Below, piece after piece: positions 1-15,179 of a stretch of DNA of 64,000 bases. The position numbers and the translations under genes were made by a program. Origin of the DNA: Eledone cirrhosa (lineage: Eukaryota); assembly GCA_964016885.1 (NCBI GenBank), contig OZ024744.1, positions 29,636,001 through 29,700,000 of the forward strand. The letters are read 5' to 3'. Under the pieces are notes generated by a model. It was not told the DNA's origin. It was given only the letters and a program-made list of their open reading frames with translations, and searched no databases. The stretch's first letter is position 1, and every line of letters begins with the position of its first letter.

Positions 1-13
1 AAAAAAATATGCT

Positions 14-1306
14 TTGTCGCCGATTCGTTCGACAAATTTTACCTTTTATCCATCTTATATGGGTAAAAGAACTCAGCGCATATGGCTGGATGCGATGATG
101 CCAGATGTGGACTACTGCTGGCTCATAGCTGGCTTCATCGATCCAGCGAATGACAACGTGATTTCCATTGGGAAAACCACAGGCAATGCGTTCAGTGGAA
201 CAGGTATAGAACTTGTAGTGCAAATGAAGCCTGAACGCATTGCCCAAATACCCGACAGAATCCTATTAGAGGGCCACGGGTATATAAACATTAGCGTGGA
301 GGGGAGAAGGCCGTCCTGTCATATCTGTGCAGGCAGAGGGCACCTGAAGGCGGCTTGTCCCCAACTCAACAAGAAGAAAACCCTGCTACCAACACCAGCT
401 CCACCACCACCACAACAGATAAACAAATAACAAAACTCAGTCCCACCCAACCCGTCCCTCAGTAAAACTACACCACCACCACAACACAAACAGACACAAC
501 ACATTACCCAAAAACAAAACACAGTCCCACCCAACCCCTCACTCAATAAAACAACACAACCACCGCAGCCACAACACACAACACAGTCTAACATAGTGAC
601 ATCCATCTCCCCAACAAAGAAAACCAATACGGAAACATTACCAGCAAACATACCTCTTCCCTCCAACACTGAAGATAACCCAACGAATTCGGAGGAAGAA
701 ACGGAGTCCTTCAGACAGATCAAAAGGAAAAAAAGAAAACATGTGCAAAACACACAAGGCCAAACAACCCCTACCCAAATGTCAACACAATCCAACAAAA
801 CACAAAACACCCCTCCAGCAACAAACAAAACCAAACCTGCCCCTACCCTCTTCGAAACACTCACACCATCCGAAAAAAAGACATTACACTATACTTACAT
901 CAACAGAAACAATAATAAATTAAATGAACTCATAAACAATAACCCTTCGGTACAAACCGAAGGGGTAAACTTTGTTTCTTCAGAAAACTACCCACATTTA
1001 AAATTAATAAAGATCCCAATGAACATCTACCAAAAACTAAAAAAGGATTTTAAGGAGGACGCAGGACCACCTTCTGTCAAACCCATAAACCGCGTCCTCC
1101 TAAAAAGCTTTCCCCTCCCCTTCTCCTCCCCAACACAACTCCAAACACACCAACCCCACCACACACTGATGACCCCACACCACCACAAGACACCCCTTCA
1201 CCCAACACCCCCGACTCCATGGAAGTCGTGCGACCCGAACCCCGGGAAGCAGAAAGGTAAGTCTCTACACTCTCCTTTGGCTTTGCCGCCCACATGGATG
1301 TGTTAA
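14..1306 (+). pseudogene. LINE ORF1 (gag-like, zinc knuckle CHICAGRGHLKAAC), one in-frame stop
   Basis: ORFs 14-430 and 596-1306 are in the same frame, separated only by TAA at 428-430. The Pro/Thr/Gln-rich linker contains an ~84-bp internal duplication (431 vs 515). Confidence 0.8.
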
Positions 1307-4300
1307 GAGTAGGATGTTTGAATGCACGTGGCCTAGGCTCAACTTGGAAGCAAGCAAAGCTTCTAAATGACCTCAAGTCACGTGGTATAAATGTAATGGT
1401 TATCTGTGAGATTCGAATCAGCGTCGTGCGGCAGCTGACCCCTACCTTCGATGACTTTGAGGTGCACGCATCTCTCTGTCAACCTGGAGGTGGGGTGGGG
1501 TTGTCGTACTGCTGGAAAAACACCTGGGTCTCGCCGTACAGGTTGTTCACTCGGACCCGGGAGGTCGTTTGTTGGTGCTAGACGTTGGCAGAAGTGGAGG
1601 TGCGGCCTTGAGACTGGTCGCCGTCTACTCCCCTTTCGGATCTGAACGACCCGACCTCTTCCAGCGTCTGGAGACTTTTCTGGGAACGTCGCGTTCCCTG
1701 CTTCTAGCGGGGGACTGGAATGACATCCTAGATGCACGTTGGGACTATGCAGGGGCATGTCCTAATAGAGGGGGGGGGGCTGTAACAGCCTCAAGGCGTT
1801 ACTCGACCGTTTTAACTTGGTCGATAGATATCGACTAGATTTTCCAACTGTGCCAACCTGGACTTGGACGAACCACAGTGGCCAATCTAGATCGTACTTA
1901 GATAGATTCTTAGTTAGAAGTAAGGATAGGGACATATTAAGCTGTCCAGAAATGCTCACGTTTGGCTATACAGATCACAAATTAGTGACCTGCGTAGTCA
2001 ACCTTGAGAGAACACATTTCCAGAACCGGTTACTGGAAACTTAATTTGTCTTTACCGGCAAAAGAGGCTTACAGAGACCGAATTAGCAGATTAGTTAAGG
2101 AGAGGTGACGGGTGCAATCGTCAACAACCGATGGTGGGCATCTCTCAAAAGAGAGATTAGAAAAGAATCAATAAGTTATAGCAAGATGTTAGCTGCCGAT
2201 AGGAATAGGAACGAGAAAGAATTAACAGGTAAATTAGAAGAGGCAATCAAGAGCGAAGATGTGGCCAGAGTGCTGGCATCGAGGACGGCCTTGAGCCAGT
2301 TTTTCGATGTAAAGCACGAAGGCTGCGTCATTCGAAGTAAAATACGTGCTCTAGGTAATTAGGGGGCCAAAGCCGTTGGCTGGGACCGCGTAACAGAATC
2401 TAAGAGTGGAAATCGATCCACCATCGGTCTTTGCAAGACGAGGATGGGCGGGTGATCCGGGAGCCTAAGCAGATGTGCGAGGCCTTTCAAAGGCACTTTG
2501 CCCGATTGTTCGGGGGAGGCGGGGGTCCGGGCGGGGACGTGGATTTCGGTCCATCCTCGACGGCCTGCCGCGTCTCTCGAGCGAAGAGGCAGAATCCTGT
2601 GAGGGACCAATCTCGGCTGATGAGATCGGGGATGCGCTGAGCCAATGCAGCAAACGCAAATCTCCAGGTCTCGATGGTATACCTTACGAACTTTATTTGG
2701 CAATGCCGGTCTTCTTCTCCGAACTCCTCGAAGCAGTCTACTGCAATTGGCAGCAGAACGGGAGAATTCCTTGTTCTGTAGCCAAGGGCGTAGTCTCGCT
2801 GGTGAGGAAGGACGAGAACAAGGGGGATAGTATAAATAATTTTCGGCCCATAACCCTGCTAAACACAGAGTTAAAAAATTTGGCCAAGGTGTTAGCAAAG
2901 AGGTTGGCGCTTGTCGTGAGTAGCCTGGTGGGAGATGCGCAGACATGTGCTATCCCATCCAGGTCCATTCACGACAACCTCCACCTCATGCGATACATCA
3001 TAGAGAGGGTTGGCAACAAACCCGGCTTCGGTGGGGCCCTGATCAACTTGGATCAGTCTAAGGCGTTCGATAGGGTCGACCATGGTTACCTGGATGCGGT
3101 GCTAGCGGCGGCTGGGTTCGGTCCTGATTTCAGAGGCTGGATCACCGCCTTACATAGCAACCACATCTGTTCTAGGATCAAGGTGAACGGCTACCTTTCG
3201 AAGCCGTTCGAAATCACACGATCCATTCGACAGGGGTGCCCTCTCTCCTCCCTTCTGTACGTATTGACTCTCGAGCCTTTACTGAGGAAGTTGGAGTTGT
3301 TGCAGGGTATCCCCCTGGAACCAGGATTGAGCAAAGCGGTGTCGGCATACGCCGATGACGTAACAGTAATGGTATCGACCGACTCGGAGATCGAGGCGAT
3401 TGGTACCTTACTGGAGGAATACGAAAGGTTGTCAGGAGCGAAACTGAACCGGGAAAAACCCATCGGGCTGCAACTCGGAACGTGGAGAGGCAGACCGATG
3501 CCTCCCGACGGTGTCGTCGGACACTGGACGGAGAGCCCGGTGAAGTTGCTTGGGGTCTGGTTTGGACCGGACCTCCAGGTGGAAAAGAACTGGGGCGAGG
3601 TTACGAAGATGGTGTTTGCACTGACCCAGAAATGGGCCAAGTGTAAGCTGTCCCTGAAAGGTCGGGCGGAGGTGGCGAACATTTACATAGCGTCCGTCAC
3701 CTACTACCGCCTGACTGTCGTGCCTTGCCCTAAGGAAACACTCACCACCATGGAACGCATGCTCTTTCAATTTCTTTGGAAAAAGCGCCCTCATATGGTG
3801 AGAAGATCCATCTGCTGCCAACAACCTTCGAAAGGAGGGCTGGGGATGCCGTGGTTGATGATGCGTAGGCACGCATTAAGGCTACGGCACCTACAGGTAT
3901 TCCTCACTGGTCAACCGGTGTTGGCTCCGTTCGTGAGACGAACCTTTCCGAGACTCGTCTCGCTCACCGAGCTACAGTCCTGGGTCAAGCAAAGATCCGG
4001 AAAACTGGGCGACTGGCACACTGAGTGTGCCCAGGCGCTCAGGGCTCTCTGGCAAGCGGACCCGGCCATCGGTGGAGAATCCACCTCGTCATTCTATAGA
4101 GGGCTGGTGGCTAGCAGGGGCGATGACACCCTTGGAGAGTCGCTGGACATGGAAGAGGACGAACTGGCCAGCCTGTTCGGTAGGACTTTCGGCCCGGGAC
4201 CAATGGACAACTTCCAGAAGTCACTGGCCTGGCAGTGCTACCGGGGACTCTACCCGTTCGAGAGAGGCTCTACAGACACGGGCGCCCGGGCAGGGATCCC

Positions 4301-4741
4301 TCGAAAAAGATTTGCCCTAGATGCGTGCGTCACAAAGAAACCGTTGCGCACGCATTGGTGCAATGTCTGGGAGTGGCTGATCTGTGGGGCTACGCCGAAC
4401 GACTGCTGTCGCGGGTGGCGCCGATTCGATTGACCGCCGAATCCATGATGACAATCAAGCCGCCTCCCCTTTTCACAAAGGAAGCAAAGGCGGTTTTTCT
4501 GTGCGTAATAGCCATGTTGAAAGAGGTTATTTGGTGGACACGATTGAAAGGTCTAAGGTCAGGCAACTTCCTCTCTGGCCATAGTCTGGTCTACTTCTTC
4601 CGATATCACTTCGGAAGAAGGATAAGAATGGAGAGAGAGGTGCTTGGCCACAGGCAGTTTTATGAAAGGTGGGTGATAGTGGCGAGAATGGCTCGTGTAA
4701 ATGGGCCTTCACTGTATACTATCCTGTGGGTAAAGAAGTAA
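1294..4741 (+). pseudogene. LINE ORF2 (APE-RT-zinc finger), frameshifted
   Basis: APE motifs LNARGL, VYSP, AGDWN, SYLDRF, TDHK are spread over several frames. RT motifs KSPGLDG, NFRPITLLN, DQSKAFDRV, RQGCPLS, AYADD lie in 2475-4433, and CPRC..HALVQC in 4235-4741. Confidence 0.93.
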
Positions 4742-5060
4742 AGGAGAGGGGAGCACCTTCTCCATGTGCTCCCCGGGCAAAGGATTGCACACTTCACGTC
4801 ACCTCCCTTTTAAGGTTGTTTTCGATTATTTTCATTTTATACCCTTTTTACTCGGTTTTATGTAAACTCCCCCTTTGTATTTGTCCCTTCTTTTTATGCC
4901 TTTATGGTAAATAAAGAAATATATCTATCCATTCATCGTTATACACACACACAAGTATACATACATACATATATACACACACACATATATATATATAACA
5001 AATAGTTTATCGCTCTACATGGCTGAATACAATATATGTAATCTAAGTTTTTCGAATATT

Positions 5061-5234
5061 AATAATTGTTTCTACTTTAGGCACAAGGCCAGCAATTACC
5101 CAGTGCATTACTGGTACTTTATTTTATCGACCCCGTAAGGATGAAAGGCAAAGTCAACCTCGGCGGGATTTGAACTCAGATCGTAAAGGGACGTAACTAT
5201 GCTGGAAAGTATGGCGTCCGACCCTCTACTGATA
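5061..5234 (-). mobile_element. tRNA-derived SINE (cephalopod-like family)
   Basis: Minus strand has a B-box (GAGTTCAAATCCC). The body gaccccgtaaggatgaaaggcaaagt and tail ggcacaaggccagcaatt recur many times in the window. Confidence 0.85.
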
Positions 5235-5534
5235 TATTAATAATAATATTTGATTCGTTCGTAATTATGCAAATAGCCTCATTTAAACTATGTCAATAGA
5301 ATGACGACATCATTCTTGCTCTTGTGTTGGCATGTGAACAGAACTGCAGACACAAATGTCTCTGGGTAGCACCCTTCACCAGTACAGTATACTGCTTACC
5401 TGCCAACTATCATAGTTAGTGAAAATATATATTTTCTAAAATATATAATGACTGATCGGCCTGATTTGCATATTAGCAGACCCATTGATCAGCCAGATTT
5501 GCATATTTAAATATATATATATATATACATACAT

Positions 5535-5566
<32 letters not shown>

Positions 5567-5657
5567 GGGCGGGGGTCGACTGTATGTACATATATATATA
5601 TGTATGTATATAAATACATGTATATATATACACACATACAGTCGACTCCCCCATGTA

Positions 5658-5710
<53 letters not shown>

Positions 5711-5715
<5 letters not shown>

Positions 5716-6170
5716 TGTATATATAGTGTATTTTGCAATACACTGTATGCTTAATTAAAAGCATTTCGAAGACCTTATGCTATTGTTTTAGAGTAGTAAA
5801 CAGTCTCACTTACTTTAAATTTTCAGCAAACAAGGGGAGATAAAGCTGACAGAGCTCTGTTTCGTACTGATTGGCACTTATCAAAACTAAGTACTCCACC
5901 TGTTTGCTGAAAATCATGAATGTTTGATTCTTATAGAATTCTAGTAATAATCAGGAACTGATTATACTGAGCGGTTGCCGGTCAAGCAGAAATTGAAAAT
6001 AAGTACCACACAGTATGAAACAGAGCTCTGTCAGCTTTATCTCCCCCTGTTTGCTAACAATTTAAAGTAAGTGAGACTGTCACTACTCTAAAACAATAGC
6101 GTAAGGTCTTCAAAATGCTTTTAATTAAGCATACAGTGTATTGCAAAATACACTATATATACATTCATAT
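5711..6170. repeat. Tail-out palindrome with HHR-like motif on each arm
   Basis: ~160-bp inverted arms (5711-5869 / 6012-6170) flanked by TA repeats. Each arm reads CTGATTA...GAAACAGAGCTCTGTC outward from the centre ATAATCAG-GAA-CTGATTAT. Confidence 0.8.
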
Positions 6171-6712
6171 ATATATATCGCTATTTCAGAGCACCAATTC
6201 TAACATATATATATATATATATAAATAAAGTTAGTCCTTCATCAGTGATCTTCCAACCTTCATTGGTATTTCATCGCTTTAAAGACCATATACCTCCGGT
6301 TGGTGCGAGAAACGGCTAAAGAAAGTCGTTGGGACACGTAAATAAGGGGAACGAGCGAGACTGTAAACAAACAAAGATGGTAATGCAACAGAAAGTGAGG
6401 AAGAAAGAGTCAAGTCCCAGATTTCCATGAATATAAGTTCAGTGAAATCGTGATCGAGAGAGAATAAAGACCATCAAACCTAGTCGAAATGTGAGCAAGG
6501 AAGGCATTCCGTACAGGTCTAACGGGAGGAAGAAGGAGTCTAGTCCCTGAATTCGGTGAACATAAGTTCTGTGAAATCGTAGACAAGAGAGAAAAAAGGA
6601 ACAACCAGCCTGGTCAAGCGTGCGCGAGAAAAGAATTACGCACAGGTCAAACGGGAGGAAGTAGGAGAGGTAGTAGCAGAGAGTGAGTGAGTGAAGGGTG
6701 AGGAAGAGGCTA

Positions 6713-6746
<34 letters not shown>

Positions 6747-6765
6747 TGAGAGAATGGGGGGAAGA

Positions 6766-6863
6766 GCTTCTACAGGACTAGAACTGTTTTATTCGAAGGA
6801 AATCATCAGGAAAGCTTTCTTGGTGATTTCCTTCAAATGAAACAGTTCTAGTCCTGTAGAAGC
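6766..6863. repeat. Short palindrome of two degenerate HHR motifs (same family as 23395-23521)
   Basis: Inverted arms around AAAGCTTT. The left arm keeps CTGATGA but has AAAA for GAAA; the right arm keeps GAAACAG..CTGTA but has TTGGTGA. Confidence 0.75.
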
Positions 6864-6864
6864 C

Positions 6865-6927
<63 letters not shown>

Positions 6928-7203
6928 CTTAGATAGATAAATAGATAGATAGATAGAGGTGTCGTGTGTATTACAACCGGACCTGTGTGTCAGTGACGTC
7001 ATTGCTGACGAAATTACGAGTGGGTGCTGTTTTATTGTTTTTATAGGTGTGGGGAAAAGGTGTGGAGCGGAAAAGGTGCAAAGCGGAAAAGAAACTGGGG
7101 TTAACCACGCCTTGTTTGTTTGTTTTTTACAGGGGCGACATCAAGTGCATGTCAACGTTCATGAGGGTCGGGCTTTCTTTGAATCGATCATGCCAAGTTT
7201 TCC

Positions 7204-7543
7204 TACTCTCAGTGCCCAAATAATTGGGGGAGATGGAATGTGGAGGGGTGGGGGTAATTTTTCTAGGTTGTCTCTATTTTAAAAAACCATAATTAGTCAT
7301 TTAGTTTAGATATTGAGACCCCAACCCAGGCTATTTTATAACGTATGTTATTTCTAGTAATCTACTTTTGGGGTAATGTTTAATGTTTTTTTAATGTATA
7401 AAGAAAACTAATTGTCGCAGGAATGCTACTACTTAAAATAAAATTTCGCCAGAGATAGATTAGCAAAACTTAATAAACAGGAAGGTTGGAAAAATATGAA
7501 AAATTAATAAGCAGGAGAGGGGTTATTCGAAACCAGAGAGTAC
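7204..7543. mobile_element. Possible old MITE
   Basis: Imperfect terminal inverted repeats TACTCTC..AATAA / TTATT..GAGAGTA around an AT-rich interior. Confidence 0.35.
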
Positions 7544-8121
7544 ATTCTAGCTCACATTCAAACAGCGGTACGTGACTCAATATTATGTCCTAATTCTACC
7601 CTTGTTGACTTTGAGTACACCACAAACCTAGGTAGACCACAAACCTAGGTACTGCTACCCGTTACACAGAGAAGAGGAAAATATCCAAATAACGAACAGT
7701 TAACTGACCACGCCTTTTTCCTGTCAGTCACCGTCGAGATGTCTGGTAACCTCAGTCCCCGGACTGCCGTTTTGTTCTGCAAAATTGGGAGGAGTATACA
7801 AGCCACCAGGGGAAGGAGTGAGATGGTGTGGCTGAGCCAGCGGGTGTCGCTGGCTGTTTTTCGTAGCAGTGTTTTCACCACGGCTGAGATATACCTCTTT
7901 CACTGGGGTGTAGTGTCTGCTGTTCCCTTTTCTTCTCTTTATCTTATTTCGCTCTGTAATTATTTGTGTGTGATTTGTTTTCCTTACAAACTTTAAATAA
8001 TCCACGGCACAGTTTGATATTACAGTAACTCCACAACTTACCAACAAGTTACGTTCCAAGAGGCCGTTACTTGATTGTTTGTAAGTTGATCGTCTAATAC
8101 AGTATATACCAGTAATATATG

Positions 8122-8192
<71 letters not shown>

Positions 8193-8194
<2 letters not shown>

Positions 8195-8798
8195 CAGGTC
8201 ACCAGTTGGTGCTACTGGTAACATGTATCCCAGTACAACCTGTCCCATGGTCGGGTCGTTGGCGACTAAACTGGCAACCCCACCAAGGTTTCTTGGTGAG
8301 GAGGGTGACTTTGGACATCCTGCAGGACTAAAAACAAAACCTGTCAAAGGGCGAAGGAACTCTTAAGAGTCAATGGCCATCCAAAATCACCGGGAGAGAT
8401 GACCCCTTAGCCTTTGTCAAGGCAGAATTCTAGGAGAAGGAAAACTCTGATATAACACCTGCAACCCTGATGATATCCAATGATGTTGACTTGTTCTTCT
8501 TTTTGGTAAATATCATCTTGGTTAAGAGAGTGGGAATGGCTTTGTGCAGTGCCTTTGCTCACTATAAAAGCTTCACGGCACAGGCATTGCTTTATATCTG
8601 GAGATCTCTCTGCACTTGTCGTCACATGGTACCATGGGCCCAGCACTATGTGTCAATAATTGTCACAAGTGTAGTGTTTGTACCAAAGTTTTCAAGTCGC
8701 TGGCCGGACTGAAAAGTCACACTCGTTCAGCGCATCGGTAGGGGTTCTCCTACATGGATATAAAGTAGTGGTTGTACTCGAAAACGAGTTGGCAGCCA

Positions 8799-8800
<2 letters not shown>
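8193..8800 (+). mobile_element. Short non-autonomous RTE-related element
   Basis: 5' part matches the reverse complement of 40120-40262 and 41140-41270. The 3' end GCAGCCA(C/T)C-(TA)n resembles the RTE end at 11842. Confidence 0.6.
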
Positions 8801-8865
<65 letters not shown>

Positions 8866-8994
8866 AGCAAAGAGTTATTTAATTGGTTGATTATTCAACA
8901 AATGTATTCATAACAGATTAAAAGCACTCTACAATATTTTTCTGGAGTATAATATCAATGATATTAATGGAAACTATCTTTATAAAACCATATT

Positions 8995-9053
8995 TATTTT
9001 ATTATATTTCAAGGGTACCGACAATTTTTGGTACACTCTCATCAGATAAAATA
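8995..9053 (-). ncRNA. Minimal type I hammerhead motif
   Basis: TATTTTAT-CTGATGA-GAGTGTACC..GGTACCCTT-GAAA-TA-TA-ATAAAATA gives an 8-bp stem I and an intact core. Relatives at 40440-40504 (+) and 48681-48745 (-). Confidence 0.75.
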
Positions 9054-9079
9054 CAAAACTTGTTTTATAGATATTCAAA

Positions 9080-11840
<2,761 letters not shown>

Positions 11841-11841
11841 T

Positions 11842-13430
11842 GATGGCTGCAAACTCTGCCAAGAGTATTGCAATCGCTTGTTAGATTCAGATGTGTGACG
11901 CTCGGATATGGCTTTTCAAGCCTGCTAGAGACTTGCACTCCTTCGCACACTAACGGCAACCATGGATCTCCCTGGATTGAGGTCCTGTATCAGGTTGCCT
12001 GTGAACCCTTACAACACCGTGGAGAACATAGTTCACTGGTTGTCTTTGAACATGGCTGCGACTGTGGCTCCTGAGACCAGATTTTCTCAAGCAAATTAGT
12101 CCACACTCAGGGCACTTCAATTCAATGGAGACACCGATCGTTTCGAGAGATACACCAGAGCATTGCTAACTCACATCCCGTTTGATCTTCTCGTGCTCTA
12201 TGCGCCTGTCCTCAAAATTATGGACCCCATCATTCACCATTCCACGCCAAGTTTCTCTTTCAAGAGCTTCTATCTCCCAGTCAGCCATCATCAAACCAGT
12301 TTTTTTCAATGAGTCCTTTACACAATCCTTGAGTCAGAGCTTTGGCTTGTGAGGTTGTCTCTTTCCCTCACAAAGCTCCCCATACAAGAGTTGTTTTGGG
12401 ATTCGATCATCCTCAATTCTGCAGAGGTGTCCAGTCCATCGTAAACGCCGTTGGTGGATGATACTCTCAATGCTCCGACACTCACTTTTCTCAAGGACCT
12501 CAACATCACTCACATGCATCTGCCACTTGATACCAAGCATCTTTCTGAGACACTGCTTGTGAAACCGTTCCAGTCTGTGAATATGCCGTCTGTAGGTGAC
12601 CCATGTCTCACATGCATACAGCAAAGCTGACAGTACACATGCAGCATACACTCACACCTTGGTCCTCATTGTGATTCCTCGCCTGCACCAAATGGTCGTT
12701 GAGCCTTCCAAATGAACCACTTGCCTTACTAACACGTAGACCAACTTCTGCATCCAGAGAGCAGGTCACACTCAGAGTACTCGCCAAATACACAAATGTG
12801 TCAGCAACTTTCAGCTTTTGACCGTATACGTGTATGGAGTGTTCATTGAAAACTTTATCCGGAGCAGGTTGGTACATGACGACAGTCTTCTTCAGACTGA
12901 TTGTCAGTCCCAAAGCACTGCACGCATTGGAAAAAGAATCCATAAGGTTTTGCATGTCACTTTGGGAGTGTGCAAAGAGATCAAAATCATCTGCACATAA
13001 AAATTCTCTGATCAAGGTCCTCAGTACCTTAGTGTTGGCAGTGAGACGCCTAAGGTTAAACAGCTTGCCGGAAGTGCGATATCTGAGATAGATACCGTGT
13101 TGACAATCCTTGAAGGCCATGAAGGCCATCGCGAAATAAAAGGCAAACAAAGTTGGTGCAGGTATATCACCCTGCTTGACACCATTTTCAACCGAGATTT
13201 GCTCAGACAGTTTACCTCCAACATTCCCCCATGCCTGCATGTCATCGTGGAAGAGTTTCAAAATGTTCACAAACTTTTCAGGACAGCCCAATCTCTCTAA
13301 ATTAACCCACAAAGTCTTCCGATTAACGGTATCAAATGCCTTGGTCAGATCGATAAAAACTTGGTATAAGTCCATGCGCTGCTCAATGCATTTCTCTTGA
13401 AGTTGTTTGGCCGAGAATATCATGTGAACA
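11842..13430 (-). mobile_element. RTE-clade LINE, 5'-truncated, decayed RT and C-terminus
   Basis: MIFSAKQLQEKCIEQ, FIDLTKAFDTVNR, GVKQG, ADD, LLYACETW, RLRWTGH, RIPKQLLYGEL; CxxC-type motif near 12100; 3' end abuts (TA)n. Confidence 0.92.
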
Positions 13431-13990
13431 GTGAGGTATTTATAACATGTTATATCTGCAGTTGTCGAGCAATCAGTCCATGAAACGAGTTTGGTAGAAG
13501 TAGTTGTTCAACTGTTAGTACACCATTTTCAAGGACAAATTGTTTCACTTTAACGGATCAAGGGGAAACAATTTGTCTTCCGATATGTATATCTGTATAT
13601 ATAAAACTGATGTTGTCTGTGTGTGTGTCCTCATTTTTGCAAAGTCTATACAAATCCACATTTCTACTCCGATTTACTTCAAACTTGCATTTATATATTC
13701 CTTGCGGTCTAAAGATATTAACTGCAGCTTTTATTTTTCAATTTTCTGTTGTTAAAGGGGTGTTAGGCGCCGGTTATCCATCTACGTCGCGCTCTTATAA
13801 TATCTGTCTGTATGCCTGGCTGTCTGCATTACGACATTCTGACGAACATTGATGACGTATTATGTTCGCTATTATCCATCCGTTCATTGCCAGGGAACGT
13901 CTTCACGAACCAAAGTATCGTCTTCCTGTGTTCCTTCGGCTGCAACGTTTTACGAAATATTTACTTCTGCGTTCACAGATTGATGTTTTT

Positions 13991-14041
13991 AGTTTCAGAA
14001 GATCCCGTTAAGGGTGAAAGCAACGATTCTTTGCTTAAACT
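13991..14041 (+). ncRNA. Hammerhead-like motif, U4A core variant
   Basis: AGTTT-CAGAAGA-TCCCGTTAAGGGT-GAAAGCAA-cgattct-TTGCT-T-AAACT; stems I and III pair fully. Second copy at 56528-56578. Confidence 0.65.
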
Positions 14042-14058
14042 TTAATCTGTTATTTTAA

Positions 14059-14154
14059 TCTATATATGTATATATATAAAACTGAGGAAGGATGTATGTA
14101 TGTATGTATGTATGTATGTATGTATGTATGTATGTATGTATGTATGTATGTGCG

Positions 14155-14242
<88 letters not shown>

Positions 14243-14806
14243 CCGAGAAGTACCCAACCAATCTTTTTCAAATTTTACATATGTATTACTTATATTTCAG
14301 GGAGTTATGCACATAAAAAAACATTCTACTTTTTGATCCCCTAAGGCCCGCATTAGGTGAAAAACTGCGTTTTTCCAGCTTTTTAGGGTTTTTTTTAGGC
14401 GTTACGTCAGACCGATTTCCTTGAAATTGTAACTATGTATTAGTCAGTCTCTTCTTCATACCGTGAGCAAAAACAATCCAACTTTTTTATGGCCTAGAGC
14501 CCGCATTAGGTGAAAAACTTCATTTTCTTCAGCTCTTTAGGGCTTTTTTGAGGCGTTACGTCTAGCCGATTTTCACGAAATTTCAAGGCATATTATGCAC
14601 ATAAAAAAATTCATTTTCTTGATCCCCTAGGTGAAAACCTGTCTTTTTCCTTCTTCGTCGAGGAAAATCTTAGATTATCCAGCCATCAGATTATTCGGTT
14701 TATTTTCTTTATATATTGTCCAGGCATGCAGTTTTTCCACGATAGGTCTGTTGGTGGCCCGCGTTCCAAAATACCTTATCCCGTGCAACGCCGGGTACCA
14801 CTGCTA

Positions 14807-14807
<1 letters not shown>
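14059..14807 (+). mobile_element. Non-autonomous Helitron
   Basis: Starts A|TCTATAT..ATAAAA followed by (GTAT)n/(GT)n. Ends with subterminal hairpin CCCGTGCAACGCCGGG and CTAG|T; internal ~150-bp degenerate tandem repeats. A similar 5' end occurs at ~13592. Confidence 0.75.
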
Positions 14808-14874
<67 letters not shown>

Positions 14875-14944
14875 TATACTATATTATACTATACTAAAAG
14901 AATAAAGAAACAAGGATTCATTGTTACATCATAACATATTTAAT

Positions 14945-15036
14945 AACATATTACATATGCTTCACTATCGATCAGCTCGAGGAAAGACCTATTATTGATC
15001 GAAACTGACTGTAATCGAAAGATCATCAGATATGTT
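14945..15036 (-). ncRNA. Hammerhead motif with ~59-nt stem II
   Basis: AACATAT-CTGATGA-(59 nt, TCGATTA/TGATCGA)-GAAG-CATATG-TA-ATATGTT; 7-bp stem I. Relatives lie in palindrome 17599-17850. Confidence 0.65.
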
Positions 15037-15179
15037 CCTATGTGATCTCGTCTCCGATTCTGCGCGTGAAGTTCTGTAGCTATTACATATATACAGCTCG
15101 TTCTAACAGCGTGGTATTCTGCGTTTGCTCGTTGGTTCATTATCTCATCATCATCATCAGTCTATCCCCGAAGTAACGT

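Larger units (their letters stand above)
1..4920 (+). mobile_element. L1/Tx1-type non-LTR retrotransposon, near full-length, decayed (5' end outside window)
   Basis: ORF1 with CCHC knuckle, followed by an overlapping ORF2 with APE endonuclease, RT and a C-terminal CxxC..H..C finger. T-rich 3' UTR ends in AATAAA at ~4910. Confidence 0.93.

Noticed and set aside
319-864. 181-aa hydrophobic antisense ORF
   Set aside because: Shadow of the C/A-rich LINE ORF1 linker.
5150-5234. tRNA gene
   Set aside because: B-box belongs to a SINE head; no complete cloverleaf.
5452-5508. Two ATTTGCAT octamers in a short duplication; also TGACGTCA at ~6995
   Set aside because: No linked gene or snRNA is visible, so regulatory function cannot be supported.
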